From Octopus sinensis (taxonomy: Eukaryota), in contig NW_021834645.1 in the NCBI RefSeq assembly GCF_006345805.1, positions 1 to 48,704 on the forward strand: a DNA stretch of 48,704 nt, in the 5' to 3' direction. A program made the position numbers and the translations under genes. Below the pieces are notes generated by a model, which ran no database searches, had not been told where the DNA came from, and saw only the letters and a list, made by a program, of their open reading frames with translations. Every line of letters begins with the position of its first letter. Within the stretch, counting starts at the first letter, position 1. Shown in pieces: positions 36,242-48,704 of this stretch.

Positions 36242-36430
36242 TGATGATAATGATAATAATAATAATAATAATGATAATAATAATAATAATAATATATAAT
36301 AATAATAATAATACTAAAAAAATAGAATAACAATGATAATAATAATAATAATAATAATATTATAATAATAATAATAATAATAATAAAATAATAATAATAA
36401 TAATAATAATAATATAATAATAATAAAATA

Positions 36431-36476
<46 letters not shown>

Positions 36477-36487
36477 TAATATAATAA

Positions 36488-36518
<31 letters not shown>

Positions 36519-36535
36519 AAATAAAAAATAAATAA
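36140..36535. repeat. (AAT)n microsatellite
   Basis: Directly visible. Confidence 0.97.
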
Positions 36536-36589
36536 AGTATCATGTGATAATTTGTCTGGCGTTTATCAGAATTGCAAAGCTACCGAACA

Positions 36590-36901
36590 GGTGGAGGCAC
36601 ATGGCCTAGTGGTTAGAGCAGCGGACTCGCGGTCGAGGGATCACTGGTTTGAATCTCAGACCGGACGATGTGTGTGTTTATGAGCGATACAGCTAAGCTC
36701 CATGCGGCTCCGGCAGATGGTAATGGCGAACTTCTGTTGACTCTTTTGCCACAACTTTCTCTCATTCTTTCCTCCTGCATCTTGCAGCTCACCAGCGACG
36801 GACCGACGTCCAGTCCAGGTGGGGAATCTATACGCCAAGGAAACTGGGAAACCGGCCCTTATGAGCCAGGCATGTCTCGAGAGAGAAGGAACAAACAACA
36901 A
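36590..36901 (+). mobile_element. tRNA-derived SINE (family D)
   Basis: A box TGGCCTAGTGG, B-box-like GGTTTGAATCT, (AAC)n-like tail, ACCGAAC flanking duplication. Confidence 0.75.
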
Positions 36902-37016
36902 CCGAACCGAACAGACATAACCAGTAGATCGTTGTCGAATAGAAAACGTCGTCTGATATTCGTTACGGCTATCTCCACCGAGGGTTCAAATCAGCGCAAA
37001 AGACAACGTTGTTTTA

Positions 37017-37021
37017 CTACA

Positions 37022-37067
<46 letters not shown>

Positions 37068-37092
37068 GCTGCGGCTGCTGCTGCTGCTGCTG

Positions 37093-37130
<38 letters not shown>

Positions 37131-37155
37131 GCTGCTACTACTACTACTACTACTG

Positions 37156-37205
<50 letters not shown>

Positions 37206-37269
37206 ACTGCTGCCGCTGCTACTGCTACTGCTGCCGCTGCTACTACTACAGCTGCTGCTGCTGTCGCTG

Positions 37270-37319
<50 letters not shown>

Positions 37320-37413
37320 ACTACTATTACTGCTACTACTACTACTACTATTGCTACTACTGCCGCTGCTACTACTACTGCTGCTGCTGCTATCGCTGCC
37401 ACTACTACTACTA

Positions 37414-37463
<50 letters not shown>

Positions 37464-37500
37464 TTACTACTCCTACTACTACCATCACCACCACCGCCAC
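37017..37500. repeat. (CTA)n/(CTG)n mixed trinucleotide repeat
   Basis: Directly visible. Confidence 0.97.
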
Positions 37501-37649
37501 CAACAGTCTTACCATTTCAGCTGCGATTTTTGGTCAGCACCACACACATGGCTGGCGTTTGCTAACTCCGTGACAAATCTGGATTTAATATACATTAACA
37601 CATGAATTTACACTCGCATGTCCATGCCTACATATGCAGACAGACATTC

Positions 37650-37698
37650 ATGCACACACACACACACACACACACCACACACCACACACACACACACA

Positions 37699-37743
<45 letters not shown>

Positions 37744-37762
37744 ACGCACACACGCATACACA
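37650..37762. repeat. (CA)n microsatellite
   Basis: Directly visible. Confidence 0.95.
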
Positions 37763-37992
37763 CTGTCTAAATGCTGGCTCTATGTGTTCTGAACTGAAGA
37801 ACCATACAGTTAGTCACCAACTGTTATGTAGAGGCTTGATCCATAATTTTTTTCTCTCACATAATCTCCACTTTAATATCTTGTTAACTCATCGGTATTA
37901 TTGCTTTGAGCATCGTTTCGGGGCACACAGCCATGGAATGGAGTGATTGTTAGAGAATTAAATGGGGTAACTTGCGGTATTTGATCCGGCTT

Positions 37993-38565
37993 ATATATGT
38001 ATGCATGTATGTATGTAGGTATGTATGTATGAATGTATGTATGTATGTATGTATGTATGTGTGTATGTATGTATGAGTGTATGTATGTATGTATGTATCT
38101 ATGTATGTATGTATATATGTAAGTATGTATGAATGAAAGTATGTATGTATGTATGTATGCATGTATGCATGTATATATGTATGGATGTATATATGTATGT
38201 ATGTGTGTATGTATGTATATATGTAAGTATGTATGAATGAAAGTATGTATGTATGAATGTATGTATGTATGCATGCATGTATGTATGTATATATGAATGT
38301 ATGTATGTATGTATGTATGTATATGTATGTACGTATGTTTGTATGTATGTATGCATGCATGTATGTATGTATGTATGAATGTATGTATGAATGTATGAAT
38401 GTATGTTTGTATGTACGTATGTATGTATGTATGTATGTATGTATGTATGTATGTATGGATGGATGGATGGATGGATGGATGGATGGATGGATGGATGGAT
38501 GGATAGATGGATGCATGTATGTATGTATGTATGTATGTATGTTTGTATGTATGTATGTATGTATA
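37993..38565. repeat. (TATG)n with embedded (TGGA)n
   Basis: Directly visible. Confidence 0.97.
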
Positions 38566-38762
38566 TGTGTGTGTCTGCTTTTGTGTCTGTGTTTGTCACT
38601 CATCGCCGCTCGGCGACCGGTGTTGGTGTATTTATGTCTCCCATAGCTTAGCGTTTCCCCAAAAGAGACCGATAGAATAAGTACTAGGTTTTAAAAAAAT
38701 AAACCCTGGGGTCGATTAGTTCAGCCAAAACCCTTTAAGGCAGTGCTCCATCGTGGCCGCGT
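38565..38762 (+). mobile_element. SINE family A, 3' half
   Basis: AAAGAGACCGATAGAATAAGTACTAGG...CTGGGGTCGATT...GTGCTCCA. Confidence 0.8.
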
Positions 38763-39543
38763 TCTAATATAAAATTCCTACCATGGTATCGATGACTTTG
38801 TCTAAACGTGCGCTTGCCATAATTATTCAGTGGTAGGATGATTTGTTGATTGGTGGTTTTACAGCGTCTACAGATAAACTGGCGATCGTTCAATTCGAAA
38901 TTAGACAGGGTTGATAGATATTTCAATGATCAGCATAAGGAAATAAACAAAAGCCTATTGAGTCATTCCTCCAACAGCAAACCGGAAACAGATAAATCGA
39001 AAATTAAATAAGGGTGGTGCGTTGTTATAAATTCTCATTTGAGATTCGAAGTCAATGATCGGTAACATTGTTTTACACGGCAGCAAACAAGGAAGATATA
39101 TGAAGGTCCCAAATGTAACGGAGAGTAAAGATAGTGCTTTGTTGTTTACAGAATGACAAAAATATCTTCTTCTGGATAGGACATAGATTTATTGCAGATG
39201 GTAGTATCTATTCATTGACAGAAGAAGAAAGAAAAGACACAAGAAAGAGAAAGAGAGAGGGAGATAGAGAGAGAGCAGGAGAGAGACAGAGAGACAGAGA
39301 GACAGACGGAGACATAGAGAGATAGAAGTAAATGGACAAAAGCAAGTCGGTTTCAAATAAAGTAGAAAAATATGGTCCTGCTTAAAAAACATTCAAACAA
39401 CTCCTGCGAGTTTGAATATAAGCGGAAGTGACAGTGAATTTCATTCACTATAGGCATATATATATATATACATATATGTATGTATGTATGTATGTATGTA
39501 CGTATGTATGTATGTATATATGTATATACATATATATATATAA

Positions 39544-39577
<34 letters not shown>

Positions 39578-39665
39578 GTATATAAGTATGTATGTATATA
39601 TATATATATATATTAAATAATGAAGGAGAAGCAGAGCGAGGGATGTAAAAAATATCGAACACATA

Positions 39666-40942
39666 CGAGGGGCGTTCAATAAGTAATGCCTCTGACCCAC
39701 TTGCAGTTGTTTGATCTAGCTGACATTTTGCATGTGCAATTACCTATATCTCTATAGATTAAGTGGCAAATTACAGCTCTGAACTAATTGCGGTTTCTGA
39801 TTTACAGGTGTTTGAACTGAGTCAAGTGTGAAACGGAGCCTGTTGAGTGTCGAGCAGTGATCCGGTTTTTGTATTTGAAATGACGCACACCACGGGAGAC
39901 TTTTGATGAAATGAAAGTAACTTATTGTGATGATGCCCCATCATATGACCTTGTAAAACGCTGGCATCGTGAATTCAAACATGGTTGGAACTCTGTGGAA
40001 ACAGCTCCCAGATCTGGTCGCCCCCTTCTGCCAATGATGAGGCATCTGTCCGTCAAGTTGAGGCTGCCATTTTGGAAGATCGACGCATAACTATTCGCCA
40101 AATAGCCCATGAGGTCAAGATTAGTACCGGGTCTGTGGAAACTATCATTCATGACCATTTGCATATGCAAAGGTGTCTGCCAGATGGATTCCAGGTTGCT
40201 CACACCTTCCAGAAGCAAGAACACGAGGATGAATTTGAAGATGTGCAAGAAGATGAGTCAAAATTTTTCAAAAGACTGATTACACAGGATGAAACCTGGG
40301 TCCATCACTATGATCCAGAGACCAAAGCCCAGTCAATGCAGTGGAAGCACCGTGACTCACCTCCTCCAAAGAAGGCAAGGGTGCAGCCCTCCGCTGGCAA
40401 GGTCATGATCACAGTCTTCTGGGACCAGGACGGAGTAGTGATGACAGATTTCTTGGCAAAGGGTGCCACAATTACAGGAGTCTATTATGCTTCACTTTTA
40501 AGGAAATTAAGAGAAGCTATCAAAATCAAGAGGCGGGGCAAGATCAGCAAAGGCATCCACCTCCTGCAGGACAACTCTCTGATCCACAACTCGCGTGTCG
40601 CCAGATCAGAAGCACAGGCGTGCGGCTATGAACTCATCTCCCATCCCCCCTACTCTCCTGACCTTGCACCCTCTGATTTTCACCTCTTCCCAGCCATGAA
40701 GTTGTTTTTGAAAGGAAAGCGTTTCCCAGATGATGCAGCCTTGATGTCTGAAGTCACGTCGTGGTTGGAGGACCAAGCTGGGGTCTTCTACAAAAACGGT
40801 CTTCAGAGCTGCATCAAACGATGGGAGAAATGCGTAACTCTGGATGGTTCCTATGTAGAAAAAGACTAATAACTGTGCCAAGTTTCGTTGCTCTACTGCT
40901 ATGGGAAGTGGGTCAGGGACATTACTTATTGAACGCCCCTCG
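39666..40942 (+). mobile_element. Full-length mariner element with TA TSD
   Basis: TA-CGAGGGGCGTTCAATAAGTAATG and CATTACTTATTGAACGCCCCTCG-TA TIRs, 1277 bp. Confidence 0.97.
39833..40869 (+). pseudogene. Mariner DD34D transposase pseudogene
   Basis: TQDETWVHHYDPE, LLQDN, HPPYSPDLAPSDFHLF catalytic motifs in ORF 39985-40869. The N-terminus (EPVECRAVIRFLYLK*...APRSGRP) is in another frame with a stop, and the WVPRxL region is frameshifted. Confidence 0.93.
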
Positions 40943-41299
40943 TATACACAAGCTATGTGTTTTATGATTATAAGCGTAAGAGAATTTATTCTTATCAATT
41001 CACCTGGTGTTAAAACAGCTGGAATTCATAGACGAGCGAGATAACTCGCATCACGTCCCGTTACAGGAGTGATACATGTCGATGTTTTGTCATCTTTGTG
41101 ACTGGTCAATAGAGCAAATTGCTGTCCTATGACTATGCAAAAGCTTACAGCTGTGTTCGTTTGGGACAGGCGGTATTGACAAGCCACGAAAATAACAAAA
41201 CATCGATGTCTATCGCTCCCGCAACGGGACCCAATGCGAGTCATCTCGCTTGTCTTCGCTTTTCAGGTGTGCCGGTTGTCTGGGCAACTGGTTGCTGAT

Positions 41300-41494
41300 A
41301 ATGGTGGAACAAACAGGACAAAAAGATTACAAAAATAGCGATTTTCACCTTGAAGCTAACTATTTTGAATATCTTTTAGATTACGGAACACCCCATTCTG
41401 TCATATATCCATGTTTAAAATTTCAGCGCGATCGGATGAACAATACTCGAGTTATAAGCGCACAAACAGACAGAACAGATTTTATATATTAAGA
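41300..41494 (-). mobile_element. Probable Helitron-type 5' end
   Basis: Minus strand A^TCTTAATATATAAAA-TCTGTTCTGTCTGTTTG...CCGATCGCGCTGAAATTTT. 3' end not identified. Confidence 0.45.
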
Positions 41495-41734
41495 TATATA
41501 TGCAGTACAGTGGGTATGTGTATATATCAACTGCATCTGCTATACAAGTGGTTATATATCTGTGTTTAGCCCTGAAATCTCTCGAACGTTGCTTCCCCGA
41601 GGAAAGCGAATTTGATTTTTGAAATCTGCATCCTTAAGAGAAGGTTGTCCGTATATAATAATGAAAAATATAATTTGCTTCGAGAAATAACTCATCTATT
41701 AGATCGACAAATCTTTTTCTCTCTCTATCAGTCA

Positions 41735-42314
41735 CCCGGGCTTTAACGCATTCTCCTAGCCATATTCCTACCGCTCTATGTCACGCTGGTGAGACCCATA
41801 TTGGAGTACGGGATTCAAGCCTCTTCTTATCTCCTCCAAGACAAACATCATCACGAAAGAGTTCAGAAGCTGGCTGCCCACATGGTTCTTGGTCTCAAGC
41901 ATTTGTCTTATGAAGAAAGGCTGAAGATGCTCTACCTTTATTCTCTAGAAAAACTACGATGCCGTGGTGATCTCATTCTCGCTCACAACATCATAAGCGG
42001 AAAGTGTAACCTCTCGAAAGAGCTGTTCTTCACTCCTGCTCCAGAGCGTCGGCTGCGGGATCACTCCGAAAAGCTTTATCTGCGACGATTTCATCTCAAT
42101 CGAAGGAGAGGGGCTTTCTCCGTCCGGGTTGCGGATCCATGGAATAAGCTGCCGGACGAGATGGTGAAGATGCGGACGACCGCTCGGTTCAAAGTCTCCC
42201 TTGACCACAAGTGGCCTGAACTCTTTGCATGAACACCCTCCCTGTACGTAACTCCATGTCCCCCTACATGGCCTTGCTTTTTGCTTTTTGAGCCAACAAA
42301 TTAACTTAACTTAA
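41735..42314 (+). mobile_element. CR1-group LINE 3' end (RT C-terminus, 3' UTR, (TTAAC)n tail)
   Basis: LYVTLVRPILEYG...ERVQK...LSYEERLKMLYLYSLEKLRCRGDLI...FSVRVADPWNKLP...FKVSLD. Confidence 0.92.
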
Positions 42315-42589
42315 TTATATACATTTACCGCCTTCATTATAACTCTCTATACATACCATCTTTCACGCATGCTGTTCACCACTCTCTTTCTCTCTTCAAA
42401 TGACACAGAGTTGCTTTCATTTTATTAAAACTTCGTCTTCTGTCGTTTAATTTAAATTTTACACAACTATCACGCACAAATTCTGTTTTCTCATCGGTTT
42501 TAATTTATCAGCCTAAAACCACTGTAACATTTGAAAAAAAGTTTGAGGAATAAATAACAAAATCGAATTTAATCTGAAAATGTACATCC

Positions 42590-44245
42590 ATATACTCTCT
42601 CTCTCTCTATCTCTCTCTCACTCTCTCTTACTCACTTACTCTACCTCATTCGCTTTCTCCCTATGTCACTCAATCAGCCAGTCACTCACTTACTCACTCA
42701 ACCACTCACTCACTCACTCATTGTCTCTCATTCGCTCTCTCACTCACTCACTCACTCATTCACTCACTCACTCACTCACTCACCTACTCACTCACTCTCT
42801 CACCCACTCACTGTCTCTCATTCGCTCTCTCACTCACTCACTCACTCATTCACTCACTCACTCACTCACTCACTTACCTACTCACTCACTCTCTCACCCA
42901 CTCACTGTCTCTCATTCGCTCTCTCACTCACTCACTCACTCACTCACTCATTCACTCACTCACTCACTCACTCACCTACTCACTCACTCTCTCACCCACT
43001 CACTGTCTCTCATTCGCTCTCTCACTCACTCACTCACTCACTCACTCACTCACTCACTCATTCACTCACTCACTCACTCACCTACTCACTCACTCTCTCA
43101 CCCACTCACTGTCTCTCATTCGCTCTCTCACTCACTCACTCACTCACTCACTCACTCACTCATTCACTCACTCACTCACTCACCTACTCACTCACTCTCT
43201 CACCCACTCACTGTCTCTCATTCGCTCTCTCACTCACTCACTCACTCACTCACTCACTCACTCACTCACTCATTCACTCACTCACTCACTCACTCACTCT
43301 CTCACCCACTCACTGTCTCTCATTCGCTCTCTCACTCACTCACTCACTCACTCACTCACTCATTCACTCACTCACTCACTTACCTACTCACTCACTCTCT
43401 CACCCACTCACTGTCTCTCATTCGCTCTCTCACTCACTCACTCACTCACTCACTCACCTACTCACTCACTCTCTCACCCACTCACTGTCTCTCATTCGCT
43501 CTCTCACTCACTCACTCACTCATTCACTCACTCACTCACTCACTCACTTACCTACTCACTCACTCACTCTCTCACCCACTCACTGTCTCTCATTCGCTCT
43601 CTCACTCACTCACTCACTCACTCACTCATTCACTCACTCACTCACTCACTCACTACTCACTCACTCTCTCACCCACTCACTGTCTCTCATTCGCTCTCTC
43701 ACTCACTCACTCACTCACTCACTCACTCACTCACTCATTCACTCACTCACTCACTCACCTACTCACTCACTCTCTCACCCACTCACTGTCTCTCATTCGC
43801 TCTCTCACTCACTCACTCACTCACTCACTCACTCACTCACTCACTCACTCATTCACTCACTCACTCACTCACTCACTCTCTCACCCACTCACTGTCTCTC
43901 ATTCGCTCTCTCACTCACTCACTCACTCACTCACTCACTCATTCACTCACTCACTCACTTACCTACTCACTCACTCTCTCACCCACTCACTGTCTCTCAT
44001 TCGCTCTCTCACTCACTCACTCACTCACTCACTCACTCATTCACTCACTCACTCACTCACTCACCTACTCACTCACTCTCTCACCCACTCACTGTCTCTC
44101 ATTCGCTCTCTCACTCACTCACTCACTCATTCACTCACTCACTCACTCACCTACTCACTCACTCTCTCACCCACTCACAGTCTCTCATTCGCTCTCTCAC
44201 TCTCTCACTCACTCACTCATTCACTCTCTCTCTCCCTCACTCACT

Positions 44246-44279
<34 letters not shown>

Positions 44280-44320
44280 CACTTTCTCTTTCCCCTCTCT
44301 CTCTCTCTCCCTCTCTCCCT
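42590..44320. repeat. (CACT)n-based satellite with ~16 higher-order units of ~75-105 bp
   Basis: Marker CTCTCTCACCCACTCACTGTCTCTCATTCGCTCTCT recurs from ~42722 to ~44180, separated by variable (CACT)n runs. Confidence 0.95.
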
Positions 44321-44504
44321 TTGTCAATTTCATTTGTCTATTTTCTCATTATAAACTTCCCCCTCTCTCTATATATATCTACCACTCCCAAACTCAGAAC
44401 AAGTATATCACTCACCCTGGTTGTTCGTGTATGTGCGCGCGCGTCGAGAATTTCATTCAGACGACAAAGTAAGTTTGAAAAGGTTTGTAAAGATAATATA
44501 TTTT

Positions 44505-44897
44505 AGGAGTGGCTGTGTGGTAAGTAGCTTGCTTACCAACCACATGGTTCCGGGTTCATTCCCACTGCGTGGCACCTTGGGTAAGTGTCTTCTACTATAG
44601 CCTCGGGACGACCAAAGCCTTGTGAGTGGATTTGGTAGCCGGAAACTGAAAGAAGCCCATCGTATATATATATGTATGTATGTGTGTGTTTGTGTGACTG
44701 TGTTTGTCCCTCCAACATCGCTTGACAACCGATGCTTGTGTGTTACTTCCCCGTAACTTAGCGGTTCGGCAAAAGAGACCGACAGAGTAAGTACTAGGCT
44801 TACAAAGAATAAGTCCTGGGGTCGAGTTGCTCGACTAAAGGCGGTGCTCCAGCATGGCCACAGTCAAATGACTGAAACAAGTAAAAGCGTAAAAGAG
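44505..44897 (+). mobile_element. SINE family A
   Basis: Matches the family consensus. Confidence 0.92.
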
Positions 44898-45487
44898 CAT
44901 ATTTCTCTATTACAAAATACGTATTTTTTTTTCTCTCTCTCACACTCAAACACACACAGTAGCTTTATGCGGTGTCGGGATCAAAAATCTAAATTACAAA
45001 ATGTTGCTGTTGCCTGAATCCTAGCAGTGGATCACCCTTAGGCCCGTTACTCCCGCATTGTCATTCTATAAAATGAGTTTATGAGGGGAAAATATTGAAA
45101 AACATAAATTCATATTAGAGCGACAAAAACAAAGGAGGAAGGTACAAGGTAGTCGTGGGATGTGCAGGAAAAGCAGTCAATTTTCCCTTAAACATCACCT
45201 TATCGTCTGAAAATTAAGATTATTTTGAAATTATAAATAGAAACAAATTGCACATTCAGATTACTCGTATTTGAAAACAATGATTTTAAAAGGTTTCGAT
45301 GTAATACCGAAAAATTAGGATTTATTAGGCGGGGAGCGGGCGGTGTTGATAAAAAAAAATATTTAAAAAATTTCGCTATTGTTTTTCAATTATGTTTCAT
45401 TTATAGTTTAAAAATAAAAGAAGTGTGGATTGTAATAGCGATCGCCGATTTCCAAAAAAAAATTTTTAGCCAACCCGGGTTCTCCCG

Positions 45488-46005
45488 TCGTTTTTGGAAA
45501 GTTTTACAGATTTCTTTTAGTTTCAGTGAATGGCTTAGATCTCTTGTCTTCGAATCAGATTTCTCCTTTTCTCATTTTGAGAGAGCCTAATTTCTCAAGA
45601 TTGGTCCTTAGGCAGTGTGATACACATCCAAGTGCCCACCAATAATGACAGATATAAACATGAACTTGTAATCTGGATAGAGTAACTGTAAATTTCTCAA
45701 GAGTTCAGCGTAGGTATTTTGTCTTACGCTCATCCATAGCTTCATGTTCACATCCGCTGGGCAACTGATTTCCACAACTGTACACGGTTTCTTATCTATC
45801 CAAAATCGCAAAGTCAGGTATGTTCTTATTTCCTTACTGCCCACAAGGGGCTAAACATAGAGGGGACAAACAAGGACAAAGGGATTAAGTCGATTACATC
45901 GACCCCAGTGCGTAACTGGTACTGTTGTCAGGTCTGTTCTGTCTACATTTCATTGAGGTTTTCACCGAGATACTCCATCAATACTCCTTATTATGAGTTG
46001 TTATG
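45488..46005 (-). pseudogene. R4/Dong-type non-LTR retrotransposon restriction-like endonuclease domain, split by a SINE B fragment (45825-45923)
   Basis: THNKEY*WSISVKTSMKCRQNRPD (46005-45925), then WIDKKPCTVVEISCPADVN...YAELLRNLQLLYPDYKFMFISVIIG; RPD...E pattern of RLE. Confidence 0.8.
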
Positions 46006-46361
46006 GCCTCTGCCATACTGTGTTCGTGTGTGTATGTGTGTGTTTGTGTGTGTGTATGTGTGTGTTTATGTGAGTATGTGTGTGTGTGTGCATATTATGT
46101 ATATGTTCTGAGTGTAGCATTAAGCTACATCAGGTGGTGACGTTCTAGTTTTAAAGTTCTGATGTTGTGAGTAGCGCGGACTCACCGCTTGACTACTCCA
46201 TTACTCCAGGGCATATTCTGACCAGGAACACTATTGCCCATCAAAGACCCATCTATGCGTTAAACAGATCTCGTGGAACCTTTCGGGGTTAAACACACAC
46301 ATATACATAACCACATGCACTCTAATTTACATAGTAGATAAATATAGAAGTATATACATAT

Positions 46362-46526
46362 AGGCGCAGGAGTGGCTGTGTGGTAAGTAGCTTGCTTACC
46401 AACTACATGGTTCCGTTCAGTCCCCTGCGTGGCATCTTGGGCAAGTGTCTTCTACTATAGCCCCGGGCCGACCAATGCCTTGTGAGTGGATTTGGTAGAC
46501 GGAAACTGAAAGAAGCCTGTCGGATA

Positions 46527-46595
<69 letters not shown>

Positions 46596-46803
46596 ATGTT
46601 TGTATGTCTCTGTTTGTCCCCCTAGCATTGCTTGACAACCGATGCTGGTGTGTTTATGTCCCCGTCACTTAGCGGTTCGGCAAAAAGAGACCGATAGAAT
46701 AATACTGGGCTTACAAAAGAATAAGTCCCGGGGTCGAGTTGCTCGATCAAAGGCGGTGCTCCAGCATGGCCGCAGTCAAATGACTGAAACAAGTAAAAGA
46801 GAA
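46362..46803 (+). mobile_element. SINE family A
   Basis: Matches the family consensus. Confidence 0.92.
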
Positions 46804-47071
46804 AGAGAGACACATACATAGACACACATTGACATACACACACACACACACACGGATACACAGTTACACACACACATAGACATACAATTACATATGTGCC
46901 TGTATGTGTTTTGTGTGCGCATGCTTGGAGACACAGACAGAAGACGAGATGGGGAGACGGAAGCGGAAGCGGAAATGGACGAGATAGGAAAAGATGAACA
47001 GAATGAAATACGTTAATAAACAAATTTCGAATTTCACGGTTTTTCGTTTCGTTTCGTTTTTTTGGTGTGAG

Positions 47072-47497
47072 TACTCTTTTACTCTCTTACTCTTTTACTT
47101 GTTTCAGTCATTTGACTGCGACCATGCTGGAGCACTGCCTTTAGTCGAGCAAATCGACCCCGGGACTTATTATTTTGTAAGCCTAGTTCTTATTCTATCA
47201 ATCTTTTTTTGCCGAACCGCTAAGTAGCGGGGACATAAACACACCAGCATCGGTTTTCAAGCAATGCTAGGGGGGGACAAACACAGACACACAAACATAC
47301 ACATACACACATATATATATATATACATATATACGACAGGCTTCTTTCAGTTTCCGTCTACCATATCCACTCACAAGGCATTGGTCGGCCCGGGGCTATC
47401 GCAGAAGACACTTGCCCAAGATGCCATGCAGTGGGACTGAACCCTGAACCATGTGGTTGGTTAGCAAGCTACTTACCACACAGCCACTCCTGCGCCT
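47072..47497 (-). mobile_element. SINE family A
   Basis: Reverse complement; faces the copy at 46362-46803. Confidence 0.92.
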
Positions 47498-47724
47498 GTA
47501 GTAAGTGTTATATATAAACCTATTTTCTATGAAACTACATTCATATTTTAGCATTTAAATACATAAATGAATATAAATATAAATCTATTTATAACCTATT
47601 TATCACTCTCTGCCGGTTTACTCAACTGTGCATTAAACCATTTATTATGTTTTACTACCTGTCTACGAATAAATATATGTTTTATTTCGCTTCAGGGCGC
47701 TGCAATACTTACGCTCGTGCGAGG

Positions 47725-47725
47725 T

Positions 47726-47770
<45 letters not shown>

Positions 47771-47920
47771 CGCACACACACACATACATGCATACATACA
47801 TACATACTTACATGCATACATACACACACACATACATGCATGCATACATACATACATACATGCATACATACACACACACATACATGCATACATACATACA
47901 TACAGAAAGAAAGAAAGAAA
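47725..47920. repeat. (CA)n/(CATA)n/(AAAG)n compound microsatellite
   Basis: Directly visible. Confidence 0.95.
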
Positions 47921-48295
47921 ATTTGGGCCTCAGAACTCTCTGCTTTCAATAAAACAGTGGCCCACAATGTGCTTGCAGAGCCAGTACTCATACCAACATT
48001 TGGGTTGCTTGATTGGACATTTGATGAGATCCTAGCCATTGATGAGAAAACCCCCAAAATACTAACAAGCATATATAATCTCCACATCAGCAGTGATGTA
48101 GAGCGCCTCTACCTAAAGAGGAAAATAATGCGACAGAGGTTTAAGATCAATCCAAAATACCTTTGAATTTCAATATGATACGACGTATCATTCGGAAACA
48201 ATTTTTTAACCACCAAGGGTCAAAGGGCATCCCTTGACCAAGTTTGCATACATGAGGCAGATAACATCATAAGACTTGGAAAGCAGCTCTTTGAA
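47918..48295 (+). pseudogene. R4/Dong-type RT thumb-region fragment
   Basis: [34 protein letters not shown]...[10 protein letters not shown]...[14 protein letters not shown] resembles the NKxxAxNxxAxPVxxYxFG...HPxSxxxRLYLPR motif. Confidence 0.8.
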
Positions 48296-48320
48296 CATGT
48301 ACACACTCATACATATATGG

Positions 48321-48353
<33 letters not shown>

Positions 48354-48527
48354 AAAGTTTAAAAAAAGAAAAACGGGGAAGGATGATAGAGATGTGGCTC
48401 TCTTGATACAGGAATGCCTCTAGGGGTAATCGGGGAACCCCACTATCTGAGATTTTTCTGAAACCCTAGGAGCAAATGCCCTCTCTAATTCCTTCTCTCC
48501 GACTGACTTTTCATCTTAACTGATTGG

Positions 48528-48704
48528 AAGTGTTTTCATGTACATTGCTTTGTCTTGGTATAAAAGATGGGCTACAGCAAATATTCTGCTCAATACCACA
48601 GATTTGCTTGTCAGTTTTTTTTACCTTAACCAGTGGAGCATGTCCCTTGTGGCTGACGATATGTGCATCTCTGATTACGAGCAGAAGTAGTGGTGGATGT
48701 TGAG
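48528..48704 (+). mobile_element. Second copy of the 34638-35128 repeat, truncated by the window end
   Basis: GTCTTGGTATAAAAGATGGGCTACAGCA...GAGCAGAAGTAGTGG is the reverse complement of ~34968-35128. Confidence 0.85.

Noticed and set aside
39985-40869. SETMAR-like host gene
   Set aside because: No SET domain; it lies between TIRs and the N-terminus is broken, so it is a mariner pseudogene.
42700-44200. CRISPR-like repeat-spacer appearance
   Set aside because: Spacers are (CACT)n rather than unique sequence, no cas genes are present, and the context is eukaryotic.
42580-44472. 630-aa and 563-aa ORFs
   Set aside because: Translations of the (CACT)n satellite (HSLT repeats); stop-free because of composition.
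46130-46250. SECIS-like element
   Set aside because: The UGA/GA quartet spacing and helix II length do not fit on either strand.

Overview
AT-rich eukaryotic (animal) non-coding DNA made up mostly of repeats and transposon debris. I found no supportable host protein-coding exon, rRNA, functional tRNA or CRISPR array. The tRNA-derived SINE families and microsatellite load look like an octopus (coleoid cephalopod) genome; this is recognition from memory, not a search result. Contents: about 11 copies of one SINE family, about 6 of a second, and three other SINE copies; three mariner remnants (one full-length with TIRs); a pogo-type deletion derivative; hAT-like and piggyBac-like MITEs; Helitron-like elements; CR1, RTE and R4/Dong LINE fragments; two Penelope-like (PLE) GIY-YIG remnants; a 1.7 kb (CACT)n higher-order satellite; and many microsatellites. 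Nearly all long ORFs in the track are microsatellite artefacts. The main unexplained signal is a set of about 15 type-I hammerhead-ribozyme-like motifs from about 9 sequence families. Many sit in foldback palindromes or beside (TA)n tracts, several have recurrent non-canonical cores or very long stem II insertions, and one family places a tRNA-like Pol III head plus (AAT)n directly upstream of the hammerhead. All folds were read by eye and none has been computed or tested.
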